From Carcharhinus longimanus (taxonomy: Eukaryota), in the NCBI GenBank assembly GCA_030264375.1, contig JASCQW010000081.1, forward strand, positions 63,167,368 to 63,231,367: a stretch of DNA of 64,000 bases, given 5' to 3'. The notes under the pieces are model-generated. The model was not told where the DNA came from. It saw only the letters and a program-made list of their open reading frames with translations, and made no database searches. Both the position numbers and the translations under genes were made by a program. Below, one piece after another: positions 1-12,399 of this stretch. Within the stretch, counting starts at the first letter, position 1, and each line of letters begins with the position of its first letter.

Positions 1-264
1 TATGCTGTGTGTGACCTGCTGAGTTTTTTCTGTTTTTGTTTAAAGTCTAAAGTGTTGTTTAACTGTAGCCAGTGTAGGCTACTAAGCACAGGGGTAATGG
101 TTGAACAGAATTTAATGAGATAAGGCAGTGGAGTTCTGAACAACCACAAGTTCAGAGGCAAAAACAAGGTAAGCCGGCCAGAATCGTGTGGGTATGTAGT
201 TGTAAACTCAGCTCAGGGTCAAATATGATCGAATATTGCAAACAATACACTGCTTTAAAGTCAT

Positions 265-873
265 ACGAGGAGAATTTTTTACTCAAGAATTGTGCGACTT
301 TGGAACTCTGTCTCAGAATGTGCTGGAAACGGGGTCACTGAATATTTTTTAAAGTGGAGGTAGATTGATTCTTGTTAGGCAGTGAATCAGGGTTACTGTG
401 AGCAGCTTCGGTTGACTTATTAAGGAAAGATGTTATTTTCTTGGAGGCAATTCACAGAAGGTTCACTAGGATGATCCCAGTATGGACGGATTGTCTTATG
501 AGGGAAGGTTAAACAGGCTGGGACTCTACTCATTGGAATTTGGAAGAATGAAATGTGATCTCATTGAAACAAATAGGATTCTGAAGGTTTGGCAGGATAA
601 ATGCTGAGAGAGGGGTCTCAGACTAGGGAGCATAGTCTCAGAATAAAGGGGTGCTGATTTAAGACTGAGATGAAGAGGAACTTCTTCTGAGGGTTGAGAG
701 TCTTTGGAACTCCTTGTCACAGAGAGCTGTGGGGGCAAAGTCCTTGTGTATACTTGAGGTGGAGATAGATTTTTGACAGTAAGGGAATCAAGAAGGAAAG
801 TAGACATGAGGAATGCTGGATCAGGCTCGAGGGATCGAACAGCCTACTCCTGTTCTTATTTGTTATGGTCTTA
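265..873 (+). mobile_element. CR1-type LINE 3' fragments (two adjacent)
   Basis: Decayed end of CR1 ORF2 (agaaggttcactaggatgatccca; aagactgagatgaagaggaacttcttct) and 3' UTR ending gcctactcctgttcttatttgttatggtctt. Confidence 0.85.
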
Positions 874-2039
874 AATGCATTCCTTAAAGTTTCATAACTG
901 TCTCATCCCCATTGGTCATCCAAAATGTCCCGTCAGTACCAGGCTTTCCCACACAAAATCGAAAGCAAACAGGCTTCAATTGTCATGTTCTATCAAAACA
1001 TTTTTATAACTAATATACAAAGAAGTTGAAAGATTTTTTAAATGCCCTTATAAATTTTCTTACTGGGTTAACATTACAATTAAAAATCCAGTTTCTGTAA
1101 AACATCAGGACATCCCTGACAACTTAGATTTTTTATTTTAAAAAAGGTTTCTGAATATAATTTACAATACAGAATCTCTCAAATTTCAATTAGGCTGTTT
1201 GGTTAAGTGATGGTGATACACATCCAGATGAAAAAAAACAGTCAGTTTTCCTGCGTGCAGCCTGACTCTAAAGAAGTGCTGACTTGAGTTATCTATCCGC
1301 TCATTCAGGAAATAACAAGGTAACAGTGGACATTTTTACTTTTAATTTCTGTACCTGCATGTAGAAAAGCATTGACACAAGCACAGACTTAAGTTATCTA
1401 CATACTCCTGATTCAGGGAATAATTTCAATGTACTTTATAGTGATGTTGGTTGTAATTTAATGTGTTTACAAGACTTGCTTTTCTCCCCTCCTTTCAATT
1501 TAATTTGAATTAACACTAGTGTGGAAAAACAACAAAAATGATCAACTACTGCCTGCCAATAAAAACAGTACATTTTGAAATCTTTTAGCTTTTAACAAGA
1601 AAGGGAACTGGGTAGAGGTAAATTTTTCATCAAAATATTTGCAGGACAAAAATGGGTATTCCTTTTTAAAGTAAATGGTCCTGTCCAATCATTCAATTTT
1701 CATTTCATTTGGTAAGTCAGAAGATAAGCAGGGAAAAAAAATCTCAAGTACTATGCAAAAAGAAAAATGAGTATGAACTATTATTTTTCACTTTTATCAA
1801 AAAGGCTAAAAAAGAACAGTTCTGCAAATAAAATACTTGCTCCTCTTTTAAGCTTGCTACCAGTGTTTTGTATTCAAGATTCCCAGTGAAGCAAAACGCA
1901 TTGACAAAATCACACNNNNNNNNNNNNNNNNNNNNNNNNNNNNNNNNNNNNNNNNNNNNNNNNNNNNNNNNNNNNNNNNNNNNNNNNNNNNNNNNNNNNN
2001 NNNNNNNNNNNNNNNAAAACCCATTGACAAAATCACACA

Positions 2040-2688
2040 TTCCTTCAGCTAACACCAGGAGTCTTGCAGCAGCACTGTTATCGAAGACAGGAAGGACATT
2101 AATACAGTAATGATCACGTGGGAGTCTCCTGTACACTGACGTTTCCTTCTGCTACCAGAGGACAGTCAGTCAAAAGCAGATCCCGTTCTTATTTTATGCA
2201 AAAGGAGTAAGCTTAACAGAGCAGCCTACGCGGCATCAACACTGCTCACAGTCATGCCTTAGCTGCCTAGCAACCCACAGATCTGGACGTAGCTCCTCTA
2301 ATATGCCGTACACAACTGAAGAATCAGTCCATGTACATGGTAGTTGCCTTCTATTGCTGATGTCTATAAACACTGATCGACCTGATATACAGCTGAGGAT
2401 CGCAGAACTGCATCATTTAACTAAAGAGCTGATAAACTGTTCTCCAGTGTGGCTACTAGGATAAGCAGCTGTCTTCAAAAGTGAAAGAAGATCCTCAGTG
2501 CTTTTATTGAGGCAATTCTCTATAATGCACAGACAGATGGGCAGACAAAAGTAAAAATTAAGCGTAGGCTGAATTACTCCAGATATGCGCATGTTCAGCG
2601 GCAGCCTCTTGCTGGTATGATGGCTAGCCAAAAACATGTTTCCAGCCGGCGTATGCATCGTTACCCATAAGGGGCCCGACAAAAGAAG
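2040..2688 (+). other. B3GALT2: probable non-coding first exon (5' UTR) of B3GALT2; 5' end uncertain
   Basis: Repeat-free block, richer in GC and CpG than its flanks, ending in a strong donor AAG|GTATGT (GT at 2689-2690). Mammalian B3GALT2 has a non-coding first exon several kb upstream of the coding exon. Confidence 0.65.
2115..2142. promoter_or_regulatory. E-box (CACGTG, 2115-2120) and CRE-like TGACGT (2137-2142) near the putative B3GALT2 start
   Basis: Motif matches only. Both keep CpGs in otherwise CpG-poor DNA. Confidence 0.3.
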
Positions 2689-3825
2689 GTATGTTAAAGC
2701 TTACATGTATTATTCTTACGCTTTTTAAGTTGCATTGAGAACAAGAGGCCAATTGTTCCTATACAGGAGCATCTGTGTTTCAGCAATGAAGCAAAACGGA
2801 ACAGATTAAATTCACTGTTTGTTATAGACTACAGTATAAAGAAAATGGATGACAACAGCTTCAAAAAGCAACACAGATTTTTTAGTTTAAAGTATTGCAT
2901 AGAAATAATTTTAATTATATACCTAACAGCAATTTCCAACACACAAACAGCTTGAAAGCCCAATTAAATGGTCTTACTCTGTGCCACATGCTGTGAGCAC
3001 TGAGCCATCAAAACAAAAGACGAAACAAAGATAAGTCAAATTATATTTGTTAAACAGCACAAGTGGGCTATACAATGCTGGTTTGTTATGTTATTGCTTA
3101 AAATACATAGATACAGTTGGTTTGTTCAAGACTTGATCACATCCCGTAAGCTTCCATTGCTATTTTAAGCTATGAAAGCTAAAAACATTTGGCAAACATC
3201 AAACAATTTGTTCACTACATAAGCCCATTCTCCAGAGTAGAAAAACTTAAGTCTAAATCTTTATATATCCCTGCTTCATCTGTGACAGTGCACAGTTTTG
3301 CATCTATCAAAACTAGATAGTTTCTATTCCTCGTGATATTTTTCTTGATACCAGAAATAAACAAATGTTACGTGAGCAGCTCCATTTTAAAAATGCCAGA
3401 CTTACCAACTGCTAAATCTTATTCAAAAAATGTTGTACTGCAGTCAGTGTTTGGCACAGACATCAATCAGCAGACTGCAATGAATCATTAAACAGTTTTA
3501 AATATAAAAGCAGTTGCTGTGCCGGCAGCAGCGTTACTTTTTAATAACATCACGATACAACTGAACATGCCTCTAAGAAAAATGTAATGACATTTAATAA
3601 CTAACTCCTGAGCTTTGCTGACTTTATGCAGATTCATGGCTGGTCACATTTAGTCTGAATTATAATAAAAACATTCATGCAGAATTTTATATTAACATGC
3701 TGGAGTCGATGGGATATTTTAAAAATTAAATTACAGTTTTGTAGATGTTTTCTAAAACAGAGATAAAACATTTGAAATAAATGTTACTGGGATAGTTAGA
3801 GTGAAATCGAGCTCATGTACGCTGA

Positions 3826-3845
3826 GCACTACCACCTAGTGACAG
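3826..3845 (-). promoter_or_regulatory. CTCF-like motif
   Basis: Minus strand CTGTCACTAGGTGGTAGTGC resembles the CCACYAGRKGGCR core. Matched by eye only. Confidence 0.35.
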
Positions 3846-6587
3846 GCAGTGTAATAGGTTTTCAGTATGTAATAGTACTTTTATGTACTGAGAACCTACT
3901 AAGTAGTAAGTAATTAACCTACAACTAAACAAAACTAATTATTTGAAACCAGAATATTGCAGTGCGATAATTCAGACCACCAAAGTTTTTACCTCAAAAA
4001 ATGTCTACAGCCTTTAAATATCTTTCACATTTTGGAATGTTAAACAAAAAGTTATATCAATGTCTCACTGAATTAAAAATGTAAAGTCCATTGGGGCAGA
4101 ATTGGGAACCTCAAAATTGGAAAATGACCAGTTATCATCCACTATATTAAAGCAACTGCAATGTCATACAGCCCTAAACATACAGTGTAAGCAAAAGGCT
4201 GTTCAATTACAAAAGTTAAATCAGTATATCCTTGAAATAAAGATTACAATAAACATAATTAGCCAGAGATCTCAAATGATTGGCAATGAATTTGCAATAA
4301 TGTTTAATTANNNNNNNNNNNNNNNNNNNNNNNNTTTTGGGAAAACGTCCAATCTTTGTATACTGAAGGTGTCAATAATTCTGAATTCAACAAACAAACG
4401 TGACTACAATCTATTGAATGCAAGAGATTAGAAATTTTAAAAAATGAATTACCAACCATTGTGAACGATTTAAACTTACACGTTGCTATAGTAAAATAAA
4501 TTCCAAATTTCATTTGCCTCTGTTCAATTTCCAAGTTAAATTAGGATTAAAAATCCAAAAGCAAGAAGTCTAAGTAAAAACAATACATCCTGCTACAGAA
4601 TGACGATTTTCTCACAAATATAATGAGGGCTCAATAATTTATTTGATTTGCCCTTAAACACTTCTATTTGCTGCTCACAGAATCAGGATATCTGCCCCGA
4701 CGACAGCAAAAGGTAGTTCAGCATTAGAAAATAAAGTTTTTGAAATTCAAGACTATTTGTTTCTTTAACCCACTGTCGCCTTAGAATGCTTTAGTTTCAT
4801 TTCATCAACATGATTGTATACAATTCAAGTAAAAAGTCGTTTTTTCAATTTACCATTTTGCAATAATAGTGAAGTGGAAATATAATATTAAGAATATTCC
4901 ACTACAAGCTCAAAAGTAGCTGCAAGATCATGGAAGTAAAATAGACATTTTGTAAACCACAAGTTCTTTAAACAGAATATTCAAATTGAGAGAGAGTATC
5001 TTTGCAGAAAAAACTGACATCAGGATTTCAAAGTCTTGCTGATGGTCACATCCTCATTTATTTTACTGTATGTCCAATAGCAAAAAAACCACTAAAACAA
5101 TACAAAAAATGTTCATGCATCACTATCTTCTGCCATTCAATACACCATGTGCTGTAAGTGTACTTTTCTCTCCCTACCTTGTCTATCATGGTATGCATTT
5201 GTATTTTTCATCTTTTAGCTTTAAATCACAACATATAGATATGCTAATCATCAAGCCTGGTATGTAATGGACATGTGTATTTTACATCTATTATGCAGTC
5301 AAATAAACTACTAAATTTATATATTCTTGGTCGATGACATCAAAACAATTCTTTCATTGTGTTCGTATCTTACAGCACACCCCCAGGTAAACAATGAAGT
5401 GCCTTACGGCAAACGTTACAAACTGTTTAATAATTCACTAACAACTGCTGCATTATAACCAAAGACGGCCGATGCTACTTCCAATAGTTGATCTCAGCAG
5501 TTAACTCTTTCAATTATAAACTGCTGCTACATCAACCTGTTTACTGGTGCCAGAAAATGTCAACAGAATTAAAGAGTCCTTAATCCCTTAAGTGATTTAT
5601 TCTAGTATACAATGTTTACCTTTCACTTGATAACATAATCTTAACACCATTTCTAGCTGTAGTTATTTCAGTTGACTGCAAAATCAAGCAGTATTGACAC
5701 ACCACATCAACTTCTGCTCCTGCAGGGTCAATGTTTGTCCAATGTGATCTTTTAAAATTATGCCAATATGGCCACCATCATCTCCCCACCTATTATACAC
5801 AGGATCCATTAAATATACCTTATTTTCTGCCAAAGTTATTAAAGTCCCTTCAGCACTTCAATCAATCATTCTCAAATTCATAATTATGCTTTCATTTTCA
5901 CGCATGTCTCCCCACACATGGCTTCAAATATGGAATGCAGTTGATTTGTTCCCAATTTAAGTAAATTATAGGAACAACTGGTCGAGGGTTGAGCCCAAGA
6001 CTGGTTTAACCCGAGGCTACTTATATCATCTCAAATGACAAAGCACATATTTTCAAAAACAAAGTGGCAAAGCCATTTCAAGAAGTATTAAAAATACTGA
6101 CTGTCAGTAGTGATCTCCAGCTAGTCAACAAACACAAGAACATTGGGTGTGGCAGGAGAAAATAGTGATTTGTCTTCCTCATGCATCTCTAGAAGTAAAA
6201 GACCACCTAGAACTGCTCATGGTACAGACATGCTGCACCACCCATGACTGTTCAGAATTCAAGTGAACCCATATTTACTTTAAAAAGGCCAAATCAATGA
6301 TCATCTTTCAATCATTCCTCAGTCAAAATAAGTTCTGAACAGGGCACCACTTGCATAAAATGATTCCAGGTCACCTTCTTTCCTCCCACTTTACTTATTG
6401 CTATATTCATTCAAAGCATGCCCTACATGAAAGCAACCTAACAGGAATAATCCATTAAATTGGCATTTCTTTAATTATGTCACTGCATTTTAAATAACAA
6501 GAGATTAAAGTCATTAATCTAGACAACATTTTCTATTGTGACTGGATATTGCAGATTGCCTCCAAATTTTGAGTCTTGGTTTAGAAC

Positions 6588-6678
6588 AGGGTAGAATAGG
6601 TGTAGGGTGATGCGGCGGCGCGGGCTTGTTGGGCCGAAGGGCCTGTTTCCCGTGCTGGGTTGTTCTTTGTTCTTTGTA
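6588..6678 (+). mobile_element. short CR1/HER1-like 3' tail
   Basis: gggcttgttgggccgaagggcctgtttcc followed by (tgttcttt)n. Retains CpGs, so probably young. Confidence 0.8.
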
Positions 6679-9065
6679 GAACTGGAATGGTACTGGAGCC
6701 AGCCATACTTCAACTTGCTACTTTTAAGCTACATAAGGCTTGTTTCATTATCTAATTGCTGATATTCACTGTGACCATTTATGCATTTGAAGGGGATTGC
6801 TACAAGACACGTCACTAGAAGGAAAAATGTAATTATTTGTCACTGCTGCCTAAATGCAACAGTAAAACTTTAAAACACTGATAAGTTCAATTGAAATGTT
6901 TATAAAAAACGATTTTGACTATTGATTAATCAAGAGGAATTTACAAGCGCTCAGTCATTCTGCAGTGTGTTAAAAAGCTGAAGCAAGCGAAGCTGAACTT
7001 AAACCATGTGGAGCAGGGAATTCCCATGTAATTTCTGCCATTCTGAACAGAGACATCACAATTTAACCATACAAGGCCTTCAACAATTCTATGCAGCAGC
7101 AAATGGCTGCCTTTAATCAATGAAACCTATTCCATTGAAACTCTCAAGAATTTTTTTACAGAACAAATTGGAACTAAAAGCTAATTTGTTTAATATTTCA
7201 AAAATAACAAAAGTAATCAATACTAAAAGCTATTTGAAGTCTGTGTTTTCTTTTCACTATGCTCCCACAAATACATCTACTTACTACTCCCATTCAACTA
7301 CAATTTATAGCCCATGTTGATCTCAGTTTTGGGTTACTTAACTATTAAATACTATTTATTGAGGGTGCTCATATTATATTTTCTCTCAGAGCTTAGATCC
7401 ATTTACATTAATTTGAAACAATATTTTAAAATCACATCACAAAAATATAATTTTAAGCATCTTAATCCTTTCTTCATTTTTGTGGAGATTAGTTTTTTTT
7501 AATCTTGAGCATATAATGACTCTACTCCTCTTGCAACCCCTTTCTGGTAAACTTTAACGCATTAGTCAAGTGATATTTTGAACAACTAAAAATTTACTCT
7601 TCACATAAGCAACATCGATCGATGCTTAACCATACTGCTTATTTTTTGTACATCAAGTTTTATTAAAAAAACTTGATCTCAAAAGCTAAGTGTTGACCGA
7701 GCTTTAAATAATGTACATTGTATACAATCTGTATTATATGCAAATATATAAATGTAACTTAAGATTGAACTTGCATGCTCTTAAAATCTTTGTGTATAAA
7801 ATCTCTGAAAATTCATAATAGTGAAGAACGAGCCATATTTGTATCTTGACTCTTAAGTCATTTATCTACCTGCTCAATCCTGATGTATATGAAAAATAAA
7901 TGATTCTTATTTGTTCTACTTAGGTTAAGCCATGTGTACTGAAAGGATAAGCAAGGCTGTGTTGATTAATATGGCCAAGAATTTAGTCTAAAATGCAATA
8001 TTTACTGTGTATGGAAACTGGACTGTTGAAATTACATCAACCAGAGCAAGTGCTTTAACAATCAAAGCTTTATTCAGGAAAATATTAACTGTTTATAAAG
8101 CTAAACAATATTTCCATCAATGACAAGTTGAAACTCATTGCTTGATCAGTTCAATATTATCAAAAGGATTGCTTTGCATTATAGATGGTTACATCTATCA
8201 GGCATCCAATTAAAGCTACATTCTACAGATATTAGACAACTTCTTTCCTACAAGTACAAAAAAAGCTTCAATTTTGTTTGGTACGAAATGAGGAGTGCCC
8301 ATGTTTCATTTCACCAGTCGCAATACTGAAGCCAGACTGGGGCATGAGACAAGAAAACCTAACACAAAACTATTCTTTACAACTTCACAGTTCTAAGTAC
8401 GTGTTTAAAGGTGAATGACAAGTAGAGATGCTTATCGTGAGCTAGTGTTCAAATTTCTGAATTCAGGCAACTAAAGACTGAAAATTAATTGACTGGTGCT
8501 CCTCCTCATTGACTTTTAAAATACAGAACAGGTTGACAGAAGCACTACGACTTTTACAAATTACCCCTCTAGTTAGTCCAATTCAAGGCTTGAATGCAAA
8601 GGGCCTCTGACTCATTCGCTAATGTTGAGGGAGGAAAGCTAATTTTAGTACTATAAAAATAAAAAAAATGTTCATTTTAAAAAAGATTGTAATAAGTATT
8701 ATTTGCAAGGAGGCAGATTTGAATTTTACTAGAACTTCAAAATCAATGGGCATTGTAAATATAACGATGCAATATTTCAGTAAAGTAATTCACAACAGCA
8801 AATTAAACTTTCTTTGTATGCCATAAAATAGAAACTCGCAAACCATTTGCATTGTAGATTTGTGTAATAAAAAGCATGAGGTCCAAGAGTCCAGAACAAT
8901 GGATATTAGAACAGGAGAACTTTCATACTTCAAATATACATATAATATAAATGTTATGAGTAATTTTTACTTAGCCAATAATGTCAAATTGTTACAATGT
9001 GTACAAGTTTGAACCATAGACCACAATTTATAATGACTGAATAATGTTGCAGTTTCCTTCTACAG

Positions 9066-9405
9066 AATATCAAGAACAACTCCTCCAGAAGTTTGGGCAT
9101 TAAGTACCGTCAACATTTACTTAAATAAATATGTTGCTTCATTGGAACTTCTAAATCAACAAATACTCATTTGTAAATATGGATTATTTACTTACTGATT
9201 GCACTTGGATGAGGTGATAAAAGGAAAAAAATCTGCAATAGGCCAAATATTACTACTGAAGAAATAAGACAGATATAGCATAAAGATCAAGCTCCTACAG
9301 CAGTTTAATAAGGGACACAGCCTTAAAGGATTGGCTGTGTTGTAAAACACAGCTGATGTGAGCACATAAAAAAGCATTAGACATTGCAAATAGCCGTGCT
9401 GCAAC
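9066..9405 (+). other. B3GALT2: probable 5' UTR part of B3GALT2 exon 2
   Basis: Acceptor gtttccttctacAG| at 9064-9065 with a branch-like tgactgaat about 25-30 nt upstream. A weaker alternative acceptor ctcctacAG| lies at 9300. Confidence 0.55.
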
Positions 9406-10680
9406 ATGCTCCAGTGGAGAAGACGATACTGCTGCCTAATGAAGATGACCTGGAATGTTAAACGTTCTCTGTTTCGTACTCATATTATTGCACTTATATG
9501 CTTTGTGTTTTTATTTGCAATGTTTCTGTTCATTAAGCAGCACGACTGGGTAACTAGCAAAACCTGGTCACGAGAAACTGGTTATTCTGTTTCTCATACA
9601 ATGAGAGGATTCAGGTCACCAAAAAGTACTAACAACCAGAGCACAATGAGGAATATTTGGAAAGAGGCTGCTCAAGTATACAAGATTCATGCAGTGAATT
9701 CAAGCACCGCACTTTCTCCTCCTGATGTAACTGGATTAGGGGATGTATTGAATGCTAATGGAACCATGTACAGCAAGAAGAGAACAGGGTATATTCCCCA
9801 TCACCAGTATAAGTATATCATTAATGAACCAAACAAATGTGAAGGACAAAACCCATTCTTAATTATGTTGATTGCAGCTGAACCTGACCAAATTGAAGCT
9901 CGACACGCCATTAGGCAAACCTGGGGAAATGAAAGCATCGCCCCTGGATTACATATGGTACATCTCTTTCTCCTAGGTTTTAGAAAGGCTAGTGGGAACT
10001 TTCAACAAACTTTACTGGAAGAAAGCAGACAATATCATGATATTATTCAACAAGACTTTCTGGATACATATTACAATCTGACTATTAAAACTTTGATGGG
10101 AATGAACTGGGTTGCAACATATTGCCCGCATGCCCGGTATGTTATGAAGACTGACAGTGATATGTTTGTGAACACAGAGTATTTAATAAACAAACTGTTA
10201 AAGCCTGTGCATCCTCCACGTCACAACTATTTCACTGGATATCTGATGCGTGGTTATTCCCCAAACCGTAACAAGGATAGCAAATGGTACATGCCTCCAG
10301 AGCTCTACCCCAGTGAGCGCTATCCAGTTTTCTGTTCAGGCACCGGTTATGTTTTCTCTGGGGACTTAGCAGAAAAGATTTTTAAAGTCTCTTTGAGCAT
10401 CCGGCGTTTGCACTTAGAAGATGTCTATGTTGGAATCTGTCTTGCCAAACTGAGAATTGATCCAGTGCCACCACCCAATGAGTTCCTCTTCAATCATTGG
10501 CGAGTTTCTTATTCCAGCTGTAAATATAGCCATTTAATTACCTCCCATCAGTTCCAGCCCAGTGACTTAATCAAGTACTGGAATCACTTGCAGCAAAACA
10601 AGCACAACGCCTGTGCCAGCATGGCAAAAGAGAAAGGCTACAGAGGACATGGCAAGTATCGCATAAAGAAAGTGCACTGA
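9406..10680 (+). CDS. B3GALT2: beta-1,3-galactosyltransferase 2 (GT31 family, type II Golgi membrane protein), single coding exon
   Basis: Intact 424-aa ORF in a good start context (gcaacATGc). The N-terminus MLQWRRRYCC is typical of B3GALT2, followed by a hydrophobic anchor (IIALICFVFLFAMFLFI). GT31 motifs present: AIRQTWG, DFLDTYYNLTIKTLMGMNW, KTDSD (DxD), CSGTGY, EDVYVG. Lies antisense inside a CDC73 intron, as in mammals. Confidence 0.98.
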   Translation: MLQWRRRYCCLMKMTWNVKRSLFRTHIIALICFVFLFAMFLFIKQHDWVTSKTWSRETGYSVSHTMRGFRSPKSTNNQSTMRNIWKEAAQVYKIHAVNSSTALSPPDVTGLGDVLNANGTMYSKKRTGYIPHHQYKYIINEPNKCEGQNPFLIMLIAAEPDQIEARHAIRQTWGNESIAPGLHMVHLFLLGFRKASGNFQQTLLEESRQYHDIIQQDFLDTYYNLTIKTLMGMNWVATYCPHARYVMKTDSDMFVNTEYLINKLLKPVHPPRHNYFTGYLMRGYSPNRNKDSKWYMPPELYPSERYPVFCSGTGYVFSGDLAEKIFKVSLSIRRLHLEDVYVGICLAKLRIDPVPPPNEFLFNHWRVSYSSCKYSHLITSHQFQPSDLIKYWNHLQQNKHNACASMAKEKGYRGHGKYRIKKVH

Positions 10681-11655
10681 TGACAATTCTGAATCCAAGC
10701 TACCCAATCTTCACTGTATTGTAAATGAATTATCCAAGCATGTATAAAGACTATGTATGAAGCCAATGCAACATTCCAACACTTACAAAACCATTACCTA
10801 GGTTTGCATTTTTAAAAAATTCTTTATTTAAAAAGTTAGCCTCTCAGAAAAAGTCGTAAGCATACAATGGCAGTACATGTTGTGAAGTTTATCTGCTTTT
10901 GGAGTTCTTAGTTGACTGAGTGTCTATGTATACCAAACTTGAATTTTATTTTGAGCAATGCAAAGCAATGAACCTCAGTGAACTACTCTTAATGTTTAAC
11001 TGTGGCAACAATAGGTAATCTTGAAATAGAATGTGGTTCCAAATTTTGTTGATAGCTGTACAAGTTAATCTGTGTCAAGGTTTGTTCAATCTTGTTGATA
11101 GAAATTATTTAAGGAATGTCACTTGAGAATAATAAATTAGAATGATTTTGTAAAACTACATCGTTTAAAACCAACACTGAAAATTTCTAAAATGCAAAAT
11201 TATTTGCCAAATTACAATACTTCTGTTATAAAGGTAGACTGTTTAATGAATCAAAAAGAACACTCAGAATGGTGTGTATGAAATATTGATTTGTGAATGG
11301 AATGCCTCTTTCCTTGAATACATAAAGGGACACATTCAGGCCTGAATGGAGAAACAAAAGCTTGGAATATAATGATGTAACTTTTATCTAATCTAAAATG
11401 TTAGTTCGCCAACTTTTTTTTGAGGGGAACTTTTATTACTTTTCCAGATGGACTTCAATTGTATGTTCCTCCACAAAACCATTCATAATTACGTTCACAC
11501 TTTATTTCTGACCATCTTTTTGTAGTATACTTTGTTTACAGGAAGAAGTGGAAAACTACTTCAAAAAAACTTGTCTATTTATTGAAACAACTGATTTTCC
11601 TCAGCTTCCCTTGTGCACCCCCTCCCCAGCTGGACAGAGATTTGGTGAAGATGCC

Positions 11656-11661
11656 AATAAA
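11656..11661 (+). terminator. candidate B3GALT2 polyadenylation signal AATAAA (other candidates near 11131 and 12256)
   Basis: Canonical hexamer about 1 kb after the stop codon, followed by T/GT-rich sequence (tttgggtgt). The site actually used cannot be read from DNA. Confidence 0.4.
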
Positions 11662-12399
11662 GCTTTATTGCTGCAATTGTTAAATAATTTGGGTGTAACT
11701 TAACAGACAGCCGAAAGAGGGTACAAGTCTAAAAAAATCAATTTTTCCTTCCAATGTTCCTATCTTGCTGTCAACCATGGTACTTTCTTTCTTTTTTGTA
11801 TTGAAAGTTCCATTGTGCAATATTGCTTTCTGCTATAAATTTATCAAGATCATTGTACAGCTCCAAAAAAAAAGAGATAAATTTGAAGCTTGGAAACCCA
11901 TTATTAAATCACTACTGAAAACATGTGTTTGATGATAGTATTAAAGTAATTCTGGAATGCAACTGAAATGTTGTGTGTCATAAACTGAAACGCATCATGA
12001 ATATTTTGGATCTGTTTTTATACAATACGCAAATCTAATTTCTCATAATTCAAACATAAACATGGTGGTTGTGTGGTTGACCTTCATTTCATGTATTCGC
12101 CACATAGAAGCATCTCTTATTTATTAAGAGAAACTAAGTTAAAGACAATCTGTGGTATAACATAAATATCACCAGTTTGCTTTAGAGTTTTGGCATATTT
12201 AAATGTTCTTTTTTAAATGAGATTTTTGCAAAATCCTAAATAGAATGAACCTTTGAATAAATGCAACACATCATTCTAAGCAACATTTATAATATGATTT
12301 AGAAATGCTTGAAAAATGCCCAAGTAATAAGTACAGCACTCCAACACAGGATGACACTATCCCAGTTTGTACAAAACTAAATTCCATACCTATATGTGA

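Noticed and set aside
1235-1275. Minus-strand GCA CGC AGG AAA ACT, superficially like CDC73 exon 11 (ASARKTQ)
   Set aside because: The flanking codons, exon length and splice sites do not fit.
7613-7624. Palindrome catcgatcgatg
   Set aside because: Only 12 bp, which is expected by chance in 64 kb.
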